A DNA stretch of 64,000 nt from Anthoceros angustus (lineage: Eukaryota; Plantae; Anthocerotophyta), in contig MU008180.1 in NCBI GenBank assembly GCA_010909165.1, positions 433,884 through 497,883 of the forward strand, written 5' to 3'. Numbering within the stretch: position 1 is the stretch's first letter; the number at the start of each line of letters is the position of its first letter. The translations under genes and the position numbers were made by a program. The notes under the pieces are model-generated. The model made no database searches, was not told the origin of the DNA, and saw only the letters and a list, made by a program, of their open reading frames with translations. Of the stretch, positions 1-13,300 are shown piece by piece.

Positions 1-33
1 TAAAAGCTGGCCTGGTCTTTGTTATGTACACAG

Positions 34-3000
34 GTTCCAAGTTGCCAACGTATGGCGTTTGATGAAGTAGAGCTGCCAGTGAGAACCTACTGTGAAGATG
101 TCAGATCCATGAATCAGTCCCAAGTGGAAGCCGTTATACATGCGGTGTCTGGACTTGTGAACAGAGTTGCACCTCGAGTAAGACTCATACAAGGACCACC
201 AGGGACGGGAAAGACTTCCATGCTGGTCTCTTTATTGTCTATACTTGGCAGCATGAGTTACAGAGTCCACATGTCTGCACCAACCAACACAGCCATTTGT
301 GAGGTTGCTTCCAGGTTTGTTTCACAGATGTTGGTCCGTGAGCAGAAGCAAGTACAGTTTGGTGCCTGTTTTCCACGTGTGGTGGTTCGTGGCGAAGGAA
401 GCAGGGTGTTGAATTTGGGAGACGTAGTACTTGTTGGGAGCGAAGAGGGAATAGACCTCGAGACCCATGAAGTGCTGGAAAGGATTTATCTGCCCCGCAG
501 GGTGAGCAGATTGTTGGAGGCCTTGTCTTGTATCACTGGCTATAAGAAATGTGCCGAGGCTCTCAGGAACTTCCTGAAATGTGCGTTATCAGAATTCGAG
601 AGGTATACCCAATACACCCGTGACGACGGTGAGGAGCCACTGTCATTAGTCAATTTCGTGAGGAAAAATTTGAAGGTCCTCAGTTCGTCTGTGATCCGCC
701 AGTCTCATACTCTAATCCAAGACGTGCCAAGCGTCTTTCTTACCTCTGAAACAAGGGAGAGGTTTTATCAAGCTTCACTCCTCACAGAGTATGTGGTTGC
801 GTATTTCAATACGCAGGATTTTTCTGATGAAGAAATAAGTATATTGCTGTCCCCTACACCCGCCAAACTTGGTCGTGTATCAGGGATACTTGATATGAAG
901 TTGCTGAATTTTGAGGATTTTGTGAAAGTGAAAAATGATCTTCTTCAGATTCTGGGCTCCTGTGGAGTGGACGGTTGTGGTATGGTTCCAGGAAATGTCC
1001 CCTCTGCAGGCCTTCTTGAAAATCTTTGTATGCGAAACTCCAAGATCCTGTTCAGTACGGTTTCGACAGGTGGCAAAAACTGTGTGCAGAGTTCTGGCAC
1101 CTTCGACTGTGTGATTATTGATGAAGCCTCCCAACTTGTGGAGGCAGAAACGTTGGTGGTGATGAATTCCCCCAAATTGCAACAAGTTTTGCTGGTCGGG
1201 GACCATAAACAGTTGGCACCCACGGTTCTCAGTCAGGTAACTTTCCTTGATAAGCAACCTTGCACACGTGCTTGGGCCAACTTCATGGGTCCGCTCCATT
1301 AACTTTCGAGGAAGCCTGAAAGTAGATGTTGGTAATCTCAGGTGGCGAAGAAGTGGGGATACGATCGCAGCCTCTTCACAAGACTCCACGAGCTAAAGCG
1401 TCCCTGCCAAATGCTGAATGTGCAGTATCGGATGCATCCAGACATCAGTCTTTTCCCTCATGAGAAATTTTACGCAGGAGATGTCAAGAATGGTCCCAAT
1501 GTTTTGTCAGAAGCGTATTCAATCAAGCCGATTCAAGACACATTCATGAAAACGTACAGCTTTCTGGATGTTTCAGATGGGACAGAGGAAATGGAGTTTG
1601 GACAACGCTCTTACACCAATTCGGTAGAAGTAGCGATTGTGATGCACTTGATTGACAAGCTCAACCAAGGTGAGTATAGTCATTGGTGCTGGCTGCCCTG
1701 TTTCTGAAATCTTGCTCACAAGAAGCAATGTTTCATGTGCGTGCTCTCGGTGCGGTTTCACCATCTTTCAAACCAATCAACGTTGACTGAGTGATCCGTT
1801 GTGCTCATCAGTTTGTGCAGCGAAGGATATTTTCCTGTCGGTTGGAGTAATAGCTCCATATCGAGGACAAGTAGAGGCGTTAGCCCGACGTCTTGATGGG
1901 GATGACAGACTCTTTTCCAACGTCACCGCTGAAGTGCGATCAGTTGACGGCTTCCAAGGCAGGGAGAAAGATGTCATCATTTTCTCTGCAGTTCGATCGA
2001 ATTCCTCAAGAAACATTGGCTTCCTTTCAGCTCCAGAGCGACTCAACGTTGCAATAACCCGAGCCAGGTTCGTAAGCCTCACGTGGGGACTTTAACCAAA
2101 ATCGAATCCAAGATACGCACTGATGGAAGATTCCTTCCTGGACTGCATTTCCTGTGTCCCAGGTACTGCCTCTGGATTGTGGGCAATGCACAGACTCTGT
2201 CTTCCGACGACCTGTGGAGCTCGTTAATTGAAGACTGCAAGCAAAGGAATTGCCTTGTCAAGCCCGACCAGGGTATGGTCAAGGTGATTCGAAGGGCCAT
2301 GAGTGAGCTGTGTAGACTGGAGGACTTGCTGAATCCAAAATCTTGTCTGTTCAACAACACGGCGTGGCAGGTACCATCACGGACGCAACGATCACCCGCC
2401 ATCAGCTGTCCTAGAATACGCGTAATCTTGGTGTCCTTCAACGTTTGTGCAGGTGTTGTCCAGCATCGAGCTCAGTAGGACGATTTCAAACTTGAAGTCA
2501 AAGCACACTCGACAATGTCTGCTCGGCGCAATCCTGAGATTGGCCGAGGGACGACATGAAATCAAGTGGACGTATCGCCGGGAGTTCAGCGGTCCTCATG
2601 CAAGAATAGCACAAGTCCGGCCAGTGGGCAAATTCTTTCTGGTTTGGAGTGTGGACCTGAAAATTGGTTCAGAAGTGAAGCAGATTCTGAAGGTGTGGGA
2701 CGCCGTAGATTTGGGAAAGGTTCATTCTCTATTAGATAGACTGGACAAAGCTTTTTTGACATATACAGAAGATTATGTGAAAATGTGCACACTAAGGGAG
2801 CCCCCGAGGTACGTCAGAATTCCAGCTCTTCCTTTTCTGATTCATGCGGGCACAGCAGGCGTCTTGATTGTTTCAGGATAGAGTTTAATGATCTGACTGA
2901 GCACCTCTCCGTTGAATCAGGAGAGGCATCGTTTTTCCGATGAAGTGGGCGCATGATCCCAAATTTGTGCGATTCAAGACTTTGGAAAGCCAGAAGCCCC

Positions 3001-6000
3001 TGCAGAGAAATAATTCTGAGCTCGTGGAGCCGGTGCTGGAGAAGGCTTCCGTGGATGATAGTATCCTGGTGATGAAGTTCTATGCTGTGAGTTCGAGGGT
3101 AGCTCATCGGCTTATAACAGCAGCTGATGGATCGAGTTTGGAGCTACCCTTTGAGGTGAACGATGATGAAGAGAGGATTGTTCAGTTTGAAGGAAGCAGC
3201 TTCATCCTTGGTAGGTCAGGGACAGGGAAGACCACGGTACTCACAAGGAAGATCATGGAGAGGGACCAGCTTTTTCAGTTGGTGAACAATGGAGTTGATG
3301 AGGAAGCTTCTGACCAGAAAGTAGCCGGCCGCAGCAAGGTAACAACATTAAGACAAGTTCTATTGACAAGAAGTCCGAAGCTGTGTGCAGCAATCAAGCA
3401 CCACATCACCAACACCCAGCGGTATGTAGCTTCTCTGCCGCCCGCTTCATTATTGCATGCTGCATCGTTCTCACGAGTGAATTGTAATGTTATTGTCAGG
3501 AGTTTGGAAGCAGTGAATTCTGCAGGATCCATGCAGGAATCTACAGAATCTTATCCCAAACTTCACGATGAGGATGAGGAGAGTATGTTGGGGTCTGTTC
3601 CTAATTCATTTCGTGATATACCGTCCGACTGTTACCCTCTGGTTATCACATTTAGCAAACTACTGAATATGATAGAGGGGAGTGTTGCGACTGCCTTCTT
3701 CACCCCTGAAGAACGTGCCTGGAGGGTGAGCACTGCAGATAACATGGTGGCGACGGCCCTGCTGAATGCAGAAAATGCAGGAGACTCCGTCATCGAGGAT
3801 GAACAAGCGCCTCGAAAGAAGACGCTCAGAGTGGAGGTGGATTTCACCCGGTTCTGCTCTGTCTACTGGAGGCGTTTTAACGCTGAACTCACAAAAGGAT
3901 TTGATGCGTCCCTTGTGTTTACGGAGTTCATGTCAGCTATAAAAGGCAGCTTGGCGGCCCTCAGGTCTCCAAGGAGATGCATGGAGAGATCCGACTATGT
4001 TGCTTTGGCGGACAACAAGTCATCCATGTTTGGGGAAGATGACCGTGAAATGATCTACAAACTGTTCTCACAGTATGAGAAACTCAAGAGCCACTACAAT
4101 GATTATGACTTGGCAGACTTCGTCATGCATTTGCATTCAGAACTGGAGGACAGGGCATTGCAGGGCCAAAAGCTTCAGTATGTATACGTTGATGAAGTCC
4201 AAGATCTGACCCAGGCGCAGATAGCGCTGCTCAAGTATGTCTGCCCCAACCTCCAGGACGGTTTTATGTTCGCGGGCGACACTGCCCAAACCATCGCGAA
4301 AGGTGTAGGATTTCGTTTTGAAGACGTGCGCAAGCTGTACTATGTGGAATTTCTGCAGAGAAACAGAGAGGCGGAAGATGCTGCACAGGAGGAGAGTAGT
4401 GGACGTAAACCGGCCGCCCTCAAGAGCAAATCTTTAGCGGTTCCCGATATGTTCTTGCTGACTCAAAATTTTCGTACACACTCAGGAATATTGAAGCTTG
4501 CCAACAGTGTTGTGCAGCATCTTTACCACTTCTTCCCATATGCTATCGACAAGCTGCAGCCGGAGACGAGTCTTCTGCATGGGGACAGTCCTCTGTTTCT
4601 TCAAATTGAGGAGGACGATGACCTGATTGCGGCTCTGTTTGACCGTGGAGAAATGGGTGGAGGTGGTTGTGAGTTCGGAGCGGAGCAAGCTATAGTGGTT
4701 CGACACGAGCACCGGAAGAAAGCTATATTGAGAAGTCTGGAAGCAAAGCACACGACTTGTCTAGTTCTGACTGTAGAAGAATGCAAAGGCCTTGAATTTC
4801 AGGTAACCCTTCTCCTAATTTAGAACTGCCACGTATTCATGGATCTCCTGACTTTGACCAACCACAAGCCGGGATGCATTTGCAGGATGTACTTTTGTAC
4901 AACTTCTTTGCAGACTCGGGGTTGGACAGAACGTGGAGAGTTCTGTATGAGATGCAGAACGAAATGGATTTGGATTCGGGAGGGAAACTCCCCGTCAATT
5001 GCAGTAAATTCCAGCCGCACAAACACAACGTGCTGTGTAGTGAGCTCAAACAGTTGTATGTGGCAATCACACGGGCCCGGCAGCGGCTGTTTTTGTATGA
5101 TGGTAATGCAAATGCTCACCGGCCCCTCTTGGACTGCTGGACGTCAACAGATCTTGTCCAGGTGCAGAAACTCGATGATTCAGTAAGAGAACAACTGAAA
5201 CGCAAGAGTACCGTTGATGACTGGAGAACAACAGGGATGAAGGTAGTGTGTCGTTTTTTCTAGAACCCTGGAGTCAATTTTAGTGGTATGCATGCCTGCA
5301 TGTCACTATCTGAGTTTGTTGTGCTGGTATGGAAACTTCGAAAACTGAAATGTGAGTATTGCAGATGCTCGAAGCTCATAATTTCTTAGAGGCAAAGATG
5401 TGCTTTCAAAAAGCAGGGAACTCCGAATATGCACTGTTTGCAGAGGCTGAGGACCTCGTACGGGCAGCAGGCAGACCCGGACAAAAGCCCCAAGCTGTGA
5501 AGCAGCACCTCCGAGCAGCTAGAGATATCTATCTTGCTATTGAAAAGATTAACAAGGCTGTTATGTGCTGCAAGTGTTTAGGAGATCATAAGAAAGGAGG
5601 TCAGCACCGTCCTACGAACAAAATGATGATGTATATCACAAGCAATTGTGATCGAATGTTTTCTTTCTCTAACACTTTTTTGTTCATTGAGCAGGTGACA
5701 TCCTTGAGCAAAATCATCGATATGAAGAGGCGGGCGATTTCTACGTTCGAGGGAGTCACTGGTCTGATGCTGTCAATGTCTATCAGAAAGGGGAATGCTT
5801 CGTGAAATGCCTGGAGACGTGCTGGCAAGGAAAGCTTTTTGATGTCGGTCTATCCTACATAGATGAATGGAAACAGCTCTGCGGTGACAAAACTTTGCAA
5901 GGAAGCGGTTCTTGTCCTGAGCCCGACGTTTTTGCTTATCTGGAAAAGTGCGCAGCTCACTTTCAGAAACAAGAGAAGCTGCAGGAGATGATGAAATTTG

Positions 6001-8282
6001 TGAACAGGTTTCCAACCATACACCTGCAGCGAACATTCCTGCGTGAGAAGCACCCGCAAGAGTTGTTGGCATTAGAGGAGGCTGCTGGGAACTTTAGAGA
6101 GGCTGAGAGCATTGCGGAGCAGATTGGAGCTTGGGAGCACTCTGCAACGCTTTCACTGAAAGCAGGCGATGCTCAGAAGGCAATTGACAAGTTGCTACGC
6201 CTTGCACAACTTGAATGGTTCTGGGGAGGTGGCAACGGTAAAGAGCTAGCGCATGTGACGAGAGTAGAGGAGCTCTTTGAGACGCAGCCACAGATACCAC
6301 AGGCCTCTAAACTCGAACTAGCTATCATGAAAGCATGGCGAGACACCAGTGCAGATGTGGGAGCCTTGTTAGCCACTTGGAATGAGGTTCGGGGCTTGCA
6401 GTCTCGGAGGCTGGAGATTCTGGCAGGCCAAAATGTGCTTTGGCATCTTTTGAACGTCAAGATAGGAGACCCAGGATGTATCACTGCCAAGGTCAGAAAT
6501 GAATGGAATTTACCAGCCCTCAGCCAGTACGAAGCCCTTGTGGAGGATGCTGCAATTGTAGTACTCTGCAAGAAGTTATGGGTGCTGTGGACCGACTGCG
6601 TCAGGAATGTCCTGCGGAGTCTCGAGCGTTTTGCGCTGGGTGAGGTAAGCACCAGGGTGTCTGACGATTCTTTCCTGAAAGCTTGTTTTGAACTTTTGGG
6701 TGTGAGACAACAAGCTGGCGGGGGGTTTAACTTGGAATATCCCAAAGCAAGCTGGCTCCAGGGCCAATGCCAATCAAGGCAGAAAATAACCCAGAAAGAC
6801 TTGGCAAGCAGAGCCTTGGAGTACTGGAGGGAAGAGATCTTCCTTTCTGGCGAAAAGATCCTGGGCAAGATGGAGAGGTTATATCACCAAATGGCACGGG
6901 GTGGTGACAAAGAGCTCCAGCTGGAGCTGACTACAGAGATGGTCGAGATCGGTTCGATTCGAGACACAGTCACCTTGGGATTTCGAAACCCGTCGTCTCG
7001 ACGTGGGCCCATGTTCTTCGAAAGGGAAGTGTACAACATTCTCAGAGATTATGCAGGATATAGAGCCCCGCGAAACGGGTCTGTTGTCGCGGTTCTACAC
7101 TTCCTCGCCAAAACTTCTGTGGTTGCCGACCTCCACGCTTTGCTTCCTTTCATCAGCCGGCAATGCCTTCTGGAGATTAGAGAGGCCAAACAGGGAGTTG
7201 TGCTGGACGTCCTGAAAGCATGGAGCCTTTTCGGGACTGTGGATGAGACCCCGGCTGTGTGCAATCAACTGGCACAGCGACTTATTTCTGAGAGTCCCCT
7301 CCTGGAAAAATTGCATGTCTCCTTTGAAGGTAAAGGTCCTGGAGACAGTAGCATGTTGTCATGGCTTGAGAGACATGCCGTGGCACTTTGTTCACTCCAG
7401 ACGCACCTCCGTGGGCTCGTTATTCCCATGAGACTGGCTTTTTCCAGTATGTCTGGCTTAAACCAGGAGCCATTCTATTGTGAAGCTGCCCGAGCGGAAC
7501 GCGAACATGATCATGGGGCACTGTCGGACTATGTGGAAAATATTGCGGACTCCATTGTGGGATTGCTGGAAATAGGGCGCAATGGCTTCCGACTTTTGGT
7601 GGCCTTGATCATGCTTCTACTCAATATGCCACATCCTGGAGAGAGGTTACAGCAGCTGCGAATGCTGTTCCAGCGAAAGCACTACCTGTGGGAACTGCCT
7701 GTGCCAGTCCAGAGGGGATTGTATCAGGTTTTTTCAATGCGCTATGTTACTCGCAGGCTGCTCGGGAGAGCGTTTGTCAGGGCCATGGCAGCCGCCGGAA
7801 ACCCAGTTATCGTCCTCACAACGTGCAATACCAAACTCCCGGAGTCGGTGACCGAGATTGGTGACATCACGACTGTCTTTCTGCAGGATGATGGTTCTGG
7901 AAAGTTGAAATTCAGCTTGAATGGCACCACCTTCGACAAAGGCCAGAGTAAGCACGTCTGGCTTCTTCAGGGCATGTCCAGCGGCCTGGAGGACGGGAAG
8001 CTGGACTGCCTTGCGGAGGTTCTTTCTCGCAAGGCACCTCCTCCGCCTGCTACGCCAGCTGTTGAAGACAAGCCGGCATGTGATGAAGCTGAAGAAGCGG
8101 ACGTGCCCGAAAGTGACCTCACCCAGAAGCAGGAAAACGATGACGTGGCCTGGGAATGCACTCAGCAAGGCCAGAAGGGGAAACTCAAAGGGAAGGAGGG
8201 GGGCCAAGGGCCAGCAGTCACGCAGTCTCAGCAGAGACAAGGCAAGAAAGGGAAGGGTCGAAAGGGCGGCAAGAGGAGGTAG
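34..8282 (+). CDS. TRANK1-like giant protein: Sen1/Upf1-type SF1B helicase + RelE-like linker + UvrD-type SF1A helicase + TPR-like helical C-terminus (5' end lies upstream of window)
   Basis: Phase-compatible exons 34-1236, 1342-1669, 1812-2067, 2163-2370, 2453-2808, 2921-3421, 3500-4802, 4886-5242, 5365-5599, 5695-8282. Helicase 1 motifs: [54 protein letters not shown]. Helicase 2 motifs: [47 protein letters not shown]. Confidence 0.9.
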
Positions 8283-8624
8283 GCAGTAGGATAGTATATA
8301 CATCAACCAATCACGGATGCCGCATGGACATACAAATGTACAGTATAATGCATGTTCTATACTGCGACCGTTCTAGGAACGGATCCAATAGCCCTGTAGC
8401 AGAGAGATGGTGCAGTGTAGATTTTGCAGAGATGAAGGGAATCTCTGAAAAGTTCTAGAAATTCTGGGGAACTGTCCACTGGCAGGTGCTGATTATTGTT
8501 TGTACATAGAGAAAGACCTGCCTTTAAAGATTCTCGGCCCCTGAAGGGGTCTGTGTAAGAACACACAAGGATCCTATTTATTAAGGTTGCCACAGGTGTG
8601 TGGAGAAGGCTGCCGTTCAACTGC

Positions 8625-8990
8625 GTTTGACGGACGAAGCCTCCCAACTTGTCGAGGCAGAAACACTCTCGTCATGTCCAACAAGTTCTGATGGTCGGAG
8701 AACCAAAAACGGTAGGAAGATGGTGGGTACCTTCCTCATAAGCAAGGTACAATCTAGTTCTCATGATGTTTCTGTGGTTCAGTAGGCCTTGTATGAAGCA
8801 AGATGTCATGAGTGGTAGCATGAGTGCATGGAGTTTGGTAAGCCTGAAAGTGGGTGTGTGATGTGTTGTTCCACGGCTGGTAAACTGGGACTGGGGTCTG
8901 AGTCTCTTCCAGCGACTCCGCAATGTAGACCATCCCTGTCGTATGGATGCTGGATGTGGAGTCTCTGATGCATCCCGAAATCTGGCAATT
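8625..8990 (+). pseudogene. Decayed fragment of the Sen1-type helicase exon/intron region (copy 1)
   Basis: 8634-8715 resembles 1120-1216 ([11 protein letters not shown]...QVLMVG). 8840-8990 resembles the intron 3' end and next exon (AAGCCTGAAAGT...ATGCATCC) with frameshifts. Confidence 0.75.
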
Positions 8991-9049
8991 ATGCTCAACG
9001 TTGCCTGGCAATTCTGCCCAACGTTGCCTGGCAATTGTGCTCAACGTTG
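8983..9049. repeat. 23-bp tandem repeat (~2.8 copies)
   Basis: TGGCAATTNTGCYCAACGTTGCC repeated. Confidence 0.8.
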
Positions 9050-9489
9050 ATCTTGCTTGATGGATATTTCCCTTTGCCTGACCGCCAAGTAGTTATACAC
9101 TGGATTGGTCATCAGGGACTATTTATCTGCTGCCATCCTAGTTTATAAGCTTGTAGCTCGAAAAGCTTATCTCATGAGACCACGGATTCTGAGTACAATG
9201 TTTATGGAGAATCCATATCTACTACCTATAACCGACTACATCTCATCAAGGCCAAGACCTAGAAAATAGGTTAGAAACGCAACGTTTCACTGAAATGCCT
9301 TTCACGTATCCCATTACACCGCCACCCGAATCGATATTGTCCCGAATCGGGTCTCGTACCCTACTGTCTACACACCAAGCGTCTCAGCGGACTACCTTTC
9401 TCAGAATGAGCTTGCCCTAGCTTCCTGACACACCTTGACGACGTGTGGGCAGTAGACTATTCAGTGCTGTTGGCCGTATTAGCATTTTG

Positions 9490-9725
9490 AAGAAGGCTGG
9501 TGACCTGAGTGGCAGCGTGAACGCATGAGGTTCGGTAAGCCTGAAAGTGGAAGTCTAGTAATGTATTGTTGCGCATGTGGAACAAGGCGCTGGGATTAGG
9601 GCCGCAAATTTCTTCAAGAGACTCCGCAATCTGGGGCATCGCTGTCGTATGCATGCTGGATAAGCAGTACCTGATGCATCCAGAAATATGCCGCTTTCCC
9701 ACTTTGATGAAGTTTGCCGATGGCG
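9490..9725 (+). pseudogene. Decayed fragment of the Sen1-type helicase (copy 2)
   Basis: Encodes MLDKQYLMHPEICRFP (cf. [16 protein letters not shown]). Shares GGTAAGCCTGAAAGTGG and flanks with copy 1. Confidence 0.75.
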
Positions 9726-10310
9726 TTGAGAGAAGGGCGTCATTGAATTTTTCCGTCAACTGCAAGGCATAGCTCGGCATCCGACAGCACAGCTTAATTG
9801 GTTAATTAATAGTAGGTACAAAACCCTCCTGAGGATTGTTCACCAAATATTGACCTAGCCTTGGTTAGGTGTCTCGGGCTTGGTTCGCTTGCCGCCTGCC
9901 CTCGCCCCGTGTGGAACTTAGCGCTGTAGGTACTGATTTTCCTCTCCATAAAGATCCCAGAATCGCTATAAAAATTGTTCACCAAATATTCGATATGTAA
10001 TCCTTGTCATGTGCAGCGTGCATTGTGCAATGTCCAGAGGGATACGGCTGATGCATTCAAGGACGGCCAAGCTTGACAAATGCGGAATGTTTTTGTGTCT
10101 CAAGACCTTTCCGAGATGCAGATACCTGCATTTTTGGGGGATACTATTCAACGTTAGCAGGATAGAATATAACTCCAAACGATAGCAATGAGCAATCCTG
10201 CTGCTGGATGGATCCAATTTCATGCACCTCATCGAAGTTCGACTAGTGCAAATATAATTCTTCTTGGCAAATCGCAGGAGCCGCAGCGGCGTGACCCAGG
10301 CCTGCAGAAA

Positions 10311-13300
10311 ATGAGCTCCTCAATTGCCATTCTACCTCAGAGTGCAGTTACATTGGCCCTATGCTTGCTCCAGACCTGCCTAATCCTGCATTGTCCACAT
10401 ACTCTAGCACTGTCGCTGGAGGGACTTGTCCTCTCGAATTTCGCGAAGGCAGAAAGAATCGACACACCGACAGCGAATTATGAGATCTGGGATACCAGTG
10501 ACGACACTCCCTGCGCCTGGTTTGGAGTTATATGCAACGCCAACTTGAGTGTGGAGAGGCTGGATTTCTCTGGATGGGGACTGAGCGGATACCTGGACTT
10601 GGGGGGGGACGCACTGCAGATGTTAAACGCTGCGCTGCCAAGCCTGAAGGAGCTGGACTTGTCCTCCAATCAGCTGGAGGGGAGCTTCCAGCTGGAGGTG
10701 AAGGGCTTCAAGGGCCTCACCCGGCTCGACTTGTCCAACAACAAGTTCTCGGGACAGATCCCCGCCACCATCAACAAACTTTCAAGTCTGCGCCACCTCT
10801 CGCTGGAGCGGAATCGCTTCAATGGGACAATGCCAAACCTGGACGGATTGACCGATCTGCAGTTCATCTCCTTGTCTCACAATCAGCTCAGCGGTCAGAT
10901 ACCAGACGTGACCAATCTTCCCGCCCTGCGTGGCCTGGACCTTTCCAGCAACAACTTCACTGGAACCTTCCCGAATCTGCGCAACCTCACCAATCTGCTC
11001 ACGCTTAATCTGTCCAGCAACGGGCTGACTGGATGTCTTCCGTCTTTGCAGGAGCTGGTGCCAAAGTTGCAAGATCTGTACCTGTCACAGAATCGGCTGA
11101 CGGGTTTCGAGACGGAAGATCCTCATGATCACTTCCCTGCAAGTCTCAGGCGGGTGATCATTTCAGGCAACAAGCTGGAAAGAAGGATCCTGCTGAGTTT
11201 TGTTCGCTTGCCAAATCTGCTGTACCTCGACTTGTCCTCCAACCTTGTCGAGGACCACATTCCTGACGGGATTCCGAACACCAACACCACCTTCATCGAC
11301 CTGTCCAGAAACAAGCTTGGAGGGAGCATTCCATCCGATATCTTAAGCTGGGGTCGTGATCTCAATGTGTGTAGGGCGCAATCGGATTCGGGACCGGGTG
11401 AGCCGCCAGCGGCTGTGGTTGCGGTGAAGAGGACCTTGAATCTGTCACACAATCTCCTCGTCGGCCCCATACCCCTGCCGCCTCCTGGGCCCTCGAAGAT
11501 AAGATTTGATGTTCTGGATCTGAGCTACAACCGGCTGGAGGGCAGCATGCCTCCCATCTCCGCATCGATTCTCTGGCTTGGGAACAACTTCCTCTCAGGA
11601 GACATCCAGAACGCGCTCCTTGACATGGGGAATTGTGCTGTGGCAAGAGAACTGAGGCTGGACGGGAATCGCTTCTCTGGCGAGATCAACTTGAGGACCC
11701 TGCTTGACGCAGGTCGTAATCTGGAAGTCCTCGACCTGAGTCACAACGATTTTGTGGCACCTCAGCTGGGAGATCGGCGGTCTAGTTTCATTCAGACGAT
11801 GCTCGAGAATTTGATGGGCTTGCGGGAACTCCGGCTTGCACGCAACTACAAGATGCGTGGAAGCTTGCCCAGCACAGGATTCGCCAGGAACTTCGATCGG
11901 CTGGAAGTTTTGGATCTTAGCCGCACCAACTTGTATGGCCTTATGCCTTCCGGGTTTTTCAACAGCAAACTCCTTCCGTCCTTGCGGGTGCTGAATCTCT
12001 CCTCCAACAACATAGGCGGTGGCCTTCCAGCTGGAGTGACTCAGATGTCCAGCTTGACCGTCCTGGACATTTCAAGCAATCGGCTCTCGGGGCCGCTTCC
12101 TGACGGCTTACAACCCGCCCTGCTGAACAGAGCCTTCTTTTCCAACAACCCAGGACTCTGCGGCTTCCCCCTCCCAGCTTGCTCAAGACTCGATCTCGCC
12201 CTGGTTTTGCCCATCGTCCTCCCATGCGCATTTGTGGCTGTGGCCTGCTGCTTGTTCTCACTGTGGGGATGGAGGGTGTACACGAAAAAGCGCCGGCAGG
12301 ATGCGGACCTGATTGCAACTCTAATGGACAGGGGCGCCGTGGCCACGCTCATGCCGCTCCGAGAGCTCAAGAAAGCCACCTCCAACTTCTCGGAAGCATC
12401 CAGGATCGGGGTGGGCGGCTTCGGAATCGTCCACAAAGGGAAGCTGACAGACGGCACCATCGTGGCCATCAAGAAAAGCATCCGCAGCGGGAGCGAGCGT
12501 GACAAGCAGCAGTTCCTGAACGAGGTCAAGATCCTGTGCCAAGTGAATCATCAGAACCTGGTCAAGCTCTTGGGCTGCTGCCTGGAGAACAAGCAGGCGG
12601 CCCTGGTGTTCGAGTACGTGCCGAACGGCACCCTCCTGGAGCACCTGCGAGGGCGAAAGGGAGCTTCCCCCTTGGACTGGCGGCAGCGCCTGAACATCGC
12701 AGCGCAGACTGCGGATGCGCTGGCCTACCTCCATTCCGCTGCCAATCCGCCCATCTACCACAGAGACGTGAAGTCGGCCAACATCCTCCTGGACGAGGAG
12801 CTGAACGCCAAGGTGGCCGACTTCGGCATCTCCAAGCTGGCGCCACTGGGCGCCACGCACGTCTCCACCGTCGCCATCCAGGGCACCCCCGGCTACATCG
12901 ACCCGGAGTGCTTCGCCAGCCTGCAGCTCAACGACAGGAGCGATGTCTACGGCTTCGGAGTGGTTCTCCTGGAGCTCATCTCTGCCCAGCCGGCTGTCGT
13001 CTTGGACAGAGGCAGCAGCGACGAGGATGTGCTCCTCGCCACCTGGGCGGTTCCCCGAATCGTCAGGGGCGACGTGCAAGACATCGTCGACCCGGTTCTT
13101 GCGGAGGTGTTCGGGTCTGAAGCTGGCCACCAGTCGATCGTGAAGCTTGCGGCGGTGGCTGTCAACTGCCTGGCTCCGTCCAGGACCGCGCGATCGCCGA
13201 TGAGGGAAGTGTGGCGGAGGGTACACAGGCTCTGGCTTGAGGCGCCCACCGAGCTGGTAGAGACCACTGTCGATCAGCATCCACAGGTACCGCAACTCCT

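Noticed and set aside
2809-2920. Apparent frameshift between the RelE-like exon and the UvrD exon if the AG at 2875-2876 is used
   Set aside because: The downstream acceptor at 2919-2920 restores the frame, so the gene need not be a pseudogene.
3422-3499. Odd peptide [11 protein letters not shown]... inside the UvrD ORF
   Set aside because: It is a 78-nt stop-free GT-AG intron, not a protein insertion.
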